From an uncultured Actinomycetes bacterium (GTDB lineage: Bacteria; Actinomycetota; Acidimicrobiia; Acidimicrobiales; RAAP-2), in assembly GCA_963778465.1 (NCBI GenBank), contig CAVZUK010000003.1, positions 581,328-605,327 on the forward strand: a stretch of 24,000 nucleotides of DNA, given 5' to 3'. Positions within the stretch are counted from its first letter, which is position 1. Every line of letters begins with the position of its first letter. Shown here piece after piece: positions 14,616 to 21,533 of this stretch. The notes under the pieces are model-generated. The model was not told the origin of the DNA. It saw nothing but the letters and a program-made list of their open reading frames with translations, and searched no databases. The translations under genes and the position numbers were made by a program.

Positions 14616-16040
14616 CTAGCCCGCTCCCGACATCCCGAGCTCTGACGACCCGAGCGGTTCGAAGCTTCCCGGCGAACGCCGGGCCTCGAGCCTGCGCAGC
14701 GGGAAGTACACGAGCGCCGCCACCACGAATCCGACGTAAAAGGAGATGTCGGCTCCGTCGAGAGCCTTGGCCGCCGGCCCGACGAGCAGGCCCGTGTTCA
14801 TAAAGGGAACCATCGCGCCAAAGCCGACGATCAGGGCCACCAATGCCGACCAGCCGGACACCAGCCGACGGAAGTCCATGAGATGTGAGAGACGGGTCGG
14901 GGTGAGCGAGCTGCGCACGTAGTGCCAGTCGATGAGGAGGACGGCAAGGAACGGCGCGATCCAGTACGCCGAGAAGAGCAGGATGTTCTGGAAGCGGATC
15001 GAAGTGTCGCCCCCGTGGATCCAGAGGATGAGGAAGAACGCGAGCACGGTGCCGACGAGGGCGCTGCGGTTCCGCCGGAGCCGGATGCCGCCCGCCTGGA
15101 TCGCGAGTGAGCCCGAGTAGTCGTTCATGGCGTTGCTCGCGATGGCGCCGACGACGATGGCGACGAGCGCGAGGACGCCCAGGGCTCCGCCCCCCATGAG
15201 CGTCTTCACCCCGGCCGCCGTCTGGTCGGTCAGGGTCCTGGCCCCCGCCAGCCCGATCGCGTACATCCAGACGAACGAGGCGACGAGGCCGGCCAGTGTC
15301 AGCATCAGGAGCGGCGTGCGGGGGGTGTTCCGGGGCTGGTAGCGGCTGTAGTCGGCCGCGTAGCTGGCCCAGCTGAACGATCCGCTGAAGGCGATCGTCG
15401 TCATGAGCACGAAGGCTCCCACCTCCGCCCCACCGTGCACGGTGCCCTGCATGGGGAGGTTCCCGTGCTGGAGGATCTTGACCGAAAGGACGACGAAGAG
15501 GACGCTCAGGACGGCGCTCCCCCACTGCTCCAGCTGGTGGATGAACTCGTAGCCGAGGAAGCCGACGGCGCCTTCGAGCGCCAGCACGATCAGCACCCCG
15601 ACGGCGAAGGGCACGTGGAACAGGAGCTGTGCCGCCTCGCCCCCGAAGAGCCCGACGAGGGCGTCCCAGGCCACCGAGCTGAGCCACTGCACGGCCGCCG
15701 GGACGGCGATCGTGCGGCCGAAGGGCAGCCGGGCGAGCGGCAGCTGGCCCATGCCCGTCTGGGGGCCCCACGTCGCGAGGTAGGCCACGGGCAGGGCGCC
15801 GAGGACCACGCCGACCACGATGGCCGCCAGGCCAGGCCAGAAGCCGAGCCCCAGGGTGACCGCCAGCGTCCCGGTGAACACGGCGGAGAGCTCGAGGTTG
15901 GGTGCGAACCAGACGGTGAAATTCCGCCAGGAGGCTCCGTACCGGGCGTTCTCGGGGACGGGGGCCATCCCGTGGGTCTCGAGGACCAGGTCGCCGTGGC
16001 GGGCCGGCTTCGTGCCTTCGAACACGCTCGCCTGCGGCAT
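14616..16040 (-). CDS. NCS1-family purine/cytosine-type permease (second, divergent paralog)
   Basis: 474 aa from ATG 16040, with GGAGGA upstream. LETHGMAPVPENARYGASWRNFTVWFAPNLE matches the NCS1 N-terminal motif. Polytopic membrane protein. The ORF-track 5' extension to 16277 is low-complexity. Confidence 0.85.
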   Translation of the reverse strand: MPQASVFEGTKPARHGDLVLETHGMAPVPENARYGASWRNFTVWFAPNLELSAVFTGTLAVTLGLGFWPGLAAIVVGVVLGALPVAYLATWGPQTGMGQLPLARLPFGRTIAVPAAVQWLSSVAWDALVGLFGGEAAQLLFHVPFAVGVLIVLALEGAVGFLGYEFIHQLEQWGSAVLSVLFVVLSVKILQHGNLPMQGTVHGGAEVGAFVLMTTIAFSGSFSWASYAADYSRYQPRNTPRTPLLMLTLAGLVASFVWMYAIGLAGARTLTDQTAAGVKTLMGGGALGVLALVAIVVGAIASNAMNDYSGSLAIQAGGIRLRRNRSALVGTVLAFFLILWIHGGDTSIRFQNILLFSAYWIAPFLAVLLIDWHYVRSSLTPTRLSHLMDFRRLVSGWSALVALIVGFGAMVPFMNTGLLVGPAAKALDGADISFYVGFVVAALVYFPLRRLEARRSPGSFEPLGSSELGMSGAG

Positions 16041-16054
16041 CGATCCTCCGTGTC

Positions 16055-16122
16055 TCTCGGTCAGGGGCGGTCTCGGTCCGGGACCGCCTCGGTCAGTGGC
16101 GCTGGGCCGGTCGCTCTCGGTC
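16055..16122. repeat. Periodic CTCGGTC direct repeats (three 16-bp units plus a fourth copy) in a 268-bp divergent intergenic region
   Basis: Units TCTCGGTCAGGGGCGG (16055-16070), TCTCGGTCCGGGACCG (16071-16086) and CCTCGGTCAGTGGCGC (16087-16102). A fourth CTCGGTC lies at 16116-16122. Embedded palindrome CGGTCC-G-GGACCG at 16074-16086. Confidence 0.7.
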
Positions 16123-16308
16123 GGTGGTCGGCATCGACCGACGCCGGGATACCCGAAGCGTACGGCGGGCCAGGGGTGGCGTCGCGCCCGGCGGCCGCTC
16201 GGAGCGGCAAGGCCTGCGCTCGGGGGCCGGCCGGTAAGCTGGCGGGGTTCGCTGGCCGACGAGGGACCGATGGTCACGGGTGTGATCCTCGGAGGGAGGG
16301 TGCCGAGC

Positions 16309-17808
16309 GTGCAACGACAGGAACGCGATCAGGCGCTGCATCCGGCGGACCAAGCCTTCGTGGCGATGGACCGCCGGAACAGCCCGATGAACATGTCCGT
16401 GCTGGTGATGCTCGACGAGTCGCGCGGCTCGCTGGAGGAGTGGCGGCGGTATCTCGACTCCCGGCTCGACCGGGTGCCCCGGTGGCGACAGAGGGTGGTC
16501 ACCCTGCCCCTCGGCATCGGCCGGCCGGTCTGGGTGGATGACCAGGAGTTCGACATCGCCAACCACGTCCAGGGCGTCCGGCTGGACCTCGACGGTGACG
16601 ACGTCCTCCACGAGCTGGCGGCGCGTCTGCACGGTGCGAGGCAGTCGATGCGGCACTCGCCGTGGCTCATCACGGTCGTGGACCAACCCTCTCGCCAATC
16701 CCTGGCCATACGGGCGCACCACGTCCTGGCCGACGGGGTCGGGAGCGTGGAGATCGGGCAGGCGATCTTCGACCTGGCGGGACTTCAGGTCGAGGACGGC
16801 CCTGCGGATGGCTCCGCCGAGGAGTCGCCTCCGGCTGCCGCCGTGGAGCCCGCGGCGTCGTCGGGTGCGGCGGAGCGGCTACGGGCCGACATCGTCCAGA
16901 ACGTCGAGGTGGTGCGCTCGCTCGCGTCGGATCGGATGGCGATGGTCCCGAGGGTGGTGGAGACCGTCCGGCGGCTCCCCACCCGCCTGCAGTCGAGTGC
17001 GCTCACCGGCGTGCTCGAGCTCGCCAAGGGCGTGGTCACCGGGCCGGTCGTGGCGCTCGGCTCCCCCTTCGCCCGGCGGGTGGGCCCCGGTCGGCACTTC
17101 GAGGGGCTCCACTTCCCGTTGGATCAGGTCAAGCGCATCAAGGACGCCGCCGGGTGCAAGGTGAACGACGTGGTCCTCGCGGTCGTGACCTCCGGGGCGC
17201 GGGCCGTCTTCGACGTCCACGGCCTGCCCGACCGCTCGCGCCTCCGGATCGCCGTGCCGGTCGACGTGCGCCAACCCGAGGACCCGACCTTCGGCAACTA
17301 CCTCTCGGTCCGGCGGATCGAGGCACCGATCTCCCCCATCCCCAGCCTCGCCCACGTCTCGAGCGTGGCCGACGCCGGGCGAGCCTCGGTCGAGGGCGAG
17401 ATCGATCTCAGCTTCCACGAGTTCATGAACATGGCGGAGCTGCTCCCGCCGTTGGCCGTCCGCACGATGGCCCGGGCGGTCGCCCGGCTCCCGCTCTTCG
17501 ACGTCTTCGTCTCGAACATCCCCGGACCACCGCCATTGAGTGTCCGAGGCGCGAAGGTCGTCGACATCATTGGCAACCTCCCCTCGGGACCCCGCACCCC
17601 GATCGCGGTCTGTGCCTGCAGCTACGACGGGACGATGTCGATCAGCGTGGTCGCCGACGACAGGGGCCAAGACGATGCGTCCACCCTCCGGGACGCCATG
17701 GCGGCTGCCTTCGACGAGCTCCGCGCCGAGGCCGACGAGAGGCTCGCCCCTGCCGTCAAGGGCAGGGGCAAGCGCACCGATCGCGAGCCGGTGTCACCCC
17801 GGGCCTGA
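16309..17808 (+). CDS. WS/DGAT-family wax ester synthase / diacylglycerol O-acyltransferase
   Basis: Catalytic HHxxxDG motif (IRAHHVLADGVGS), N-terminal LHPADQAFVAMD...MNMSVLVMLD, and a C-terminal DUF1298-type region (NDVVLAVVTSGARAV...VSNIPGPP). I prefer GTG 16309 (GGAGGGAGGG at 16291-16300, 8-nt spacing). ATG 16270 is an in-frame alternative. Confidence 0.85.
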   Translation: MQRQERDQALHPADQAFVAMDRRNSPMNMSVLVMLDESRGSLEEWRRYLDSRLDRVPRWRQRVVTLPLGIGRPVWVDDQEFDIANHVQGVRLDLDGDDVLHELAARLHGARQSMRHSPWLITVVDQPSRQSLAIRAHHVLADGVGSVEIGQAIFDLAGLQVEDGPADGSAEESPPAAAVEPAASSGAAERLRADIVQNVEVVRSLASDRMAMVPRVVETVRRLPTRLQSSALTGVLELAKGVVTGPVVALGSPFARRVGPGRHFEGLHFPLDQVKRIKDAAGCKVNDVVLAVVTSGARAVFDVHGLPDRSRLRIAVPVDVRQPEDPTFGNYLSVRRIEAPISPIPSLAHVSSVADAGRASVEGEIDLSFHEFMNMAELLPPLAVRTMARAVARLPLFDVFVSNIPGPPPLSVRGAKVVDIIGNLPSGPRTPIAVCACSYDGTMSISVVADDRGQDDASTLRDAMAAAFDELRAEADERLAPAVKGRGKRTDREPVSPRA

Positions 17809-19077
17809 CCTCCGGCGCACGATCGCGTCCACCACGGCCCGCGCCACGAGCCGCTTGTCGGCCAGGTCGACGGGCTGCTCGCTCCCGTCGGCACCGATGA
17901 TGACGACGGCATTGGTATCGCCCTCGAAGCCGACGCCGGGCTGAGAGACGTCGTTCGCCACGATGAGGTCCACGCCCTTGCGGCGGAGCTTTGCCGCCGC
18001 GTTGTCGTGCAGGTCGTTGGTCTCCGCCGCGAAGCCGACGAGCACCTGCCCGGGCCCTCGTCGCTCGCCCAGGCCCGCCAGGATGTCCGGTGTCGGCTCG
18101 AGGACGAGGTGGGGGACCCCGTCGGCCTTGCTGATCTTGGTCGCCGCTGCGGCCTTGGGCCGGAAGTCGGCCACGGCGGCGGCCATCACCACCACGTCCG
18201 CCGAGGCGCTGCGGGCCGATATCGCACTCTCCATCTCCGCTGCCGTGTCGACGCGCACGATCTCGATCCCCGTCGCCGTCGGCAACGACACCGTCGTGAT
18301 CAACGTGACCAGGGCGCCCCGCGCGGCCACCTCGTCGGCGATGGCATGACCCTGCTTGCCCGACGACCGGTTGCCGACGAAGCGAACCGGGTCGATGGGC
18401 TCTCGGGTGCCCCCGGCGCTGACCAGCACCCTCGCTCCGGCCAGGTCGTGTCGCCGCGGTTCCTCGCCCGGAGCCGCGGCCGGGAGGGCGGCCACCAGCG
18501 CGGCCAGGACGTCCTCCGGTTCGGCCAGGCGCCCGGCACCCGAGTCCCCGCCGGCCAGACGCCCGACGCCGGGGGGCACGATGTGGACACCGCGGCGCCG
18601 GAGGACCTCGAGGTTGTCCACCACTGCGGGGTGCTCCCACATCTCCGTGTGCATGGCCGGGCAGATCACGACCGGCGCCCGCGTCGCGAGGAGCGTCGCG
18701 CAGAGGAGATCGTCCGCCAGACCGTGGGCGTATCGGGCTATCAGATGTGCGGTGGCCGGCGCAACGAGGATGACGTCCGCGCTCTGGCCGAGGTGGGTGT
18801 GGGGGATGGGATCCGCGTCATCGAAGAGGGAGCGGCGAACGGGCTCGGAGGCCAGCGCGGAGAAGGTCACGTCGCCGACGAAGCGGCCGGCCTCGTCGGT
18901 GAGCACCGGGACGACGATCGCGCCGGCGTCCACCATCCGGCGACAGAGCTCGACCGCCTTGTAGGCGGAGATCCCCCCGGTGACACCCAGCACGATGCGC
19001 CGACCGAGCAGCTCGGCGAGCTCCTGCCCGGCAGGGTCCGAGGAATCCGGGATCGGTCCGTCGTGGTCGTTGCTCAC
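17794..19077 (-). CDS. coaBC: Bifunctional phosphopantothenoylcysteine decarboxylase / phosphopantothenate-cysteine ligase
   Basis: 427 aa. N-terminal flavoprotein domain (RIVLGVTGGISAYKAVELCRRM, VILVAPATAHLIARYAHGLADDLL, PAMHTEMWEHPA) and C-terminal CoaB domain (VLVSAGGTREPIDPVRFVGNRSSGKQG, AAAVADFRP, GFAAET). Its 3' end overlaps the convergent WS/DGAT 3' end by 15 nt. Confidence 0.95.
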   Translation of the reverse strand: MSNDHDGPIPDSSDPAGQELAELLGRRIVLGVTGGISAYKAVELCRRMVDAGAIVVPVLTDEAGRFVGDVTFSALASEPVRRSLFDDADPIPHTHLGQSADVILVAPATAHLIARYAHGLADDLLCATLLATRAPVVICPAMHTEMWEHPAVVDNLEVLRRRGVHIVPPGVGRLAGGDSGAGRLAEPEDVLAALVAALPAAAPGEEPRRHDLAGARVLVSAGGTREPIDPVRFVGNRSSGKQGHAIADEVAARGALVTLITTVSLPTATGIEIVRVDTAAEMESAISARSASADVVVMAAAVADFRPKAAAATKISKADGVPHLVLEPTPDILAGLGERRGPGQVLVGFAAETNDLHDNAAAKLRRKGVDLIVANDVSQPGVGFEGDTNAVVIIGADGSEQPVDLADKRLVARAVVDAIVRRRSGPG

Positions 19078-19168
19078 GCACTGCCCCCTCGGGTTCGACG
19101 CAACGGCTCAGTGCGGCGATGATCCCACAGCCGCGTTGACCGGTGCCATCGGCGGCCTCGCGCTCGGG

Positions 19169-20029
19169 TCACCGCAGCGGCTCGAGCACCCGGGCGAGCG
19201 GCTCCATCACGGAGGGGGACAGGGGCGGCATCAGGTAGACGATGGCGAGGTCCAGCCCCTCACCGGCGAGCGCGTCGACCTGCTCGGCGGTCTTGACGAG
19301 GTCGTCGTCGAATCCCGAGGCCAGCCAGACGTGGCTCGAGAGGGTGATCTCCCCCGGGTCCCGCCCGACGTCCGCGCAGTGGGCGTGCAGGACGTCCCGC
19401 TTGCGTGCGAAATCCTCCGGCGTTCCGCCGAGGAAATTCCAGTGCTGGGCGAAACGGGCGGCGGTGCGCAGCGTCCTTCGCTCGCCGTTGCCGCCGACGA
19501 CGATCGGCGGGTGGGGAGTCTGGCGAGCCTTGGGCTCGCAGCGGGCGTCGGCCATCCGGTAGTAGGCGCCGGAGAAGTCCGTGGTCCGCTGCGAGAGCAG
19601 CCCGACCAGTACCTCGCAGGCCTCCTCGAACCGGTCGCTGCGCTCTCGGGGGCTTCCGAGCTCGATGCCGTAGGCGGAGGACTCCTGCTCGTTCCAGCCC
19701 GCGCCGACGCCGAGCTCGAGGCGGCCGCCCGAGACGATGTCGATGGTGGCGGCCATGTTCGCGAGCACGGCCGGGTTCCGGTACGGGATGCCCGTCACGA
19801 GGGTGCCCAGGCGTAGCCGGCGGGTCGCCTGGGCGAGCGCGGCGAGCATCGTCCACCCCTCGAGGCAGGGACCGCCGGGATCCGGCTGCCCCCTCGGCGA
19901 CCAGATGGGGTAGAAGTGGTCGAAGAGCCAACCCGACTCGTAGAGGTCGATGCCGTCGGCCTCCCTCCACACGGCCAGGATCTCTTCCCAGGTGGTGTCG
20001 TGGTTGGCGGTCTTGAACGCGAAGCGCAT
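19169..20029 (-). CDS. Luciferase-like monooxygenase (LLM) class, probable F420-dependent oxidoreductase
   Basis: 286 aa from ATG 20029 (GAGGAGG upstream). MRFAFKTANHDTTWEEIL...GWLFDHF...LGTLVTGIPYRNPAVLANMAATIDIVSGGRLELGVGAGW is typical of the small LLM/F420 TIM-barrel class. It is embedded in a 790-aa composite ORF that is not a single gene. Confidence 0.85.
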   Translation of the reverse strand: MRFAFKTANHDTTWEEILAVWREADGIDLYESGWLFDHFYPIWSPRGQPDPGGPCLEGWTMLAALAQATRRLRLGTLVTGIPYRNPAVLANMAATIDIVSGGRLELGVGAGWNEQESSAYGIELGSPRERSDRFEEACEVLVGLLSQRTTDFSGAYYRMADARCEPKARQTPHPPIVVGGNGERRTLRTAARFAQHWNFLGGTPEDFARKRDVLHAHCADVGRDPGEITLSSHVWLASGFDDDLVKTAEQVDALAGEGLDLAIVYLMPPLSPSVMEPLARVLEPLR

Positions 20030-20095
20030 CGTGCCTCCTCGCCTCTCGTGCGTCGCGGGTTGGGACGCAGTGCCGTCTCCCGGCATCATGGCATC

Positions 20096-20494
20096 GTGAC
20101 CGATCGCGCGACGCTGCGCCGATGGCTGCGGGCCTACGAGGACGCCTGGCGAGCGCCCGGCACGGAGACCCTGGCAACGCTCTTCACGGAGGACGCGAGC
20201 TACCTGCACTCTCCGTACGAGGAGCCCGTCTCGGGTCTCGAGGCGATCCGCCGGATGTGGGAGCGCGATCGTGGCGGTCCCGACGAGGTCTTCACGTTCG
20301 CCGCGGAGATCGTCGCGGTCGACGGGTCGGTGGCCGTCGTCCGTGCCGAGGTCCGCTACGGCGATCCGGTCCGTCAGGAGTACCGGGACCTCTGGGTCCT
20401 GCGGTTGGGGGCCGACGGGCGCTGCAGCGAATTCGAGGAGTGGCCCTACTGGCCGGGTCGCCCCTACGTCCCCGATGCCGAGTCGTCCGGCTGA
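20096..20494 (+). CDS. NTF2-like / SnoaL-like domain protein
   Basis: 132 aa from GTG 20096. LRRWLRAYEDAWRAPGTETLATLFTEDASYLHSPYEEPVSGLEAIRRMWE...VAVVRAEVRYGD...YRDLWVLRLGADGRCSEFEEW has the alpha+beta cone pattern of SnoaL/DUF4440 proteins. No clear Shine-Dalgarno sequence, so it may be leaderless. Family call is moderate. Confidence 0.6.
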   Translation: MTDRATLRRWLRAYEDAWRAPGTETLATLFTEDASYLHSPYEEPVSGLEAIRRMWERDRGGPDEVFTFAAEIVAVDGSVAVVRAEVRYGDPVRQEYRDLWVLRLGADGRCSEFEEWPYWPGRPYVPDAESSG

Positions 20495-21055
20495 GTCCCA
20501 CGGCCGCGGGATCCCGCCCCGAGCTCGGCGAGGATGGAGCGGGTGGCCGGGGGGATCTCCTGCTCGCTGCCATCGGGCATCCGCCGAGCTCCCGAGCCGG
20601 CGAGCGTCTCGACCTCTTCGACCGCCGGCCACCACAGCTCGCTGACCTCCACTGGGTCCGGCGATGCCGCGAACTCCGGGTCGCTCGACCATCCCAGTAC
20701 CGGCGTGAGGACGTACGCACCGCCGGTGCGCGGCGACAGGTGGCCGACGATCGTCACCGCCTCCGGCGCGAGGCCCGTCTCCTCCCGTGCCTCCCGCAGG
20801 GCGGTCGCGGTCGGGTCGGTGTCGCCCCGCTTTCGCCGCACCACCCGGGAAGGTCCAGGCGCCCGGGAAGGTCCGCATCCCCTGGCTGCGACGAGTGAGG
20901 AGCACCCGTGGGCCGCGGCGGTCCGGTGCAGCGTCGCCAGCCGGCGGACCGCTCGAGAGGAGGACCAGGACCGCGGCTCGGGGCCGTTCGTCGGCGGGGC
21001 CGGGTCCGTCACCCGACCGGGTCGACCGGGCCAGGGCGGCGAGCCACGGAGGCGG
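20464..21055 (-). pseudogene. NudL-like (CoA pyrophosphatase-type) Nudix hydrolase, reading frame broken by a 1-nt frameshift inside the Nudix box; in frame with the upstream ArsC domain
   Basis: The N-terminal half is in the ArsC frame: PPPWLAALA...PRAAVLVLL...GPRVLLTRRSQGMRTFPGAWTFPGG (ends at 20840). The C-terminal half is in the +1 frame: GDTDPTATALREAREETGLAPEAVTIVGHLSP...YVLTPVLGWSSDP...DPVEVSELWW (TD begins at 20820, stop at 20464-20466). The 19 nt between them (20821-20839, containing a C4 run at 20825-20828 and a T3 run) is one base too long. Confidence 0.7.
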
Positions 21056-21454
21056 CAGGAGATCCTCCAGCAGCCCGGCGGCGCGTCGCTCGATCTCGTC
21101 GCGGATGGGCCGGACCTCTTTGGTCGACAGCCCTGCGGGGTCCGGTAGGTCCCAGTCCACGTACCGCTTCCCTGGACAGACGGGGCAGGCGCCCCCGCCT
21201 CCCATCGTGACGATGACGTCGGCCTGCCGGGCCATCTCGTCGGTGAGCTGGCGCGGCGACCGTTGGGAAAGGTCGATCCGCCTTTCCCTCATGACCTCTA
21301 CGACGGCGGGATCGATGGCCTCGCCCGGCGAGGTACCCGCCGAGAGGACCACGAGACGACCGGCGGCGAGTCGTTCGAGGATGGCTGCGGCCATCTGGGA
21401 CCGGCCGGCGTTGTGCCTGCAGAGGAAGAGGACGGTGGGCCGGCTCGCGGTCAT
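21056..21454 (-). CDS. ArsC-type arsenate reductase / low-molecular-weight protein-tyrosine phosphatase domain (no stop codon before the Nudix region)
   Basis: 133 aa from ATG 21454 (GGGGGAGG upstream). CX5R(S) P-loop VLFLCRHNAGRSQMAA, VLSAGTSPG, DVIVTMGGGGACPVCPGKRYVDWDLPDPAG, IRDEIERR. The frame stays open past the end of the domain. Confidence 0.8.
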
Positions 21455-21533
21455 GGGAAGACCTCCCCCTTGATTTTGGGGCCGTATTTGGCTCTGCGAC
21501 CACACTCTGGGACTGCCGTGCAGCAAGAATGGC

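Noticed and set aside
15820-16308. ORF-track start at 15820 (662 aa) for the WS/DGAT gene, and the 16277 start (553 aa) for the permease on the other strand
   Set aside because: The two extensions would overlap each other and the permease coding region. The extended residues are low complexity, and strong Shine-Dalgarno-linked internal starts exist (GTG 16309 and ATG 16040).
21056-21454. Interpreting the ArsC-like gene as part of an arsenic resistance (ars) operon
   Set aside because: No arsR, arsB/acr3, arsA/arsD or arsM is in the window. The domain is fused to or followed by a Nudix hydrolase, so a dedicated arsenic-resistance role cannot be supported from context.
21455-21533. Promoter elements (TTGATT at 21470-21475 and TATTTG at 21485-21490) in the ArsC / GH15 divergent region
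   Set aside because: The spacing between the two hexamers is only 9 nt, which is incompatible with a sigma-70-type promoter. There is no other support.
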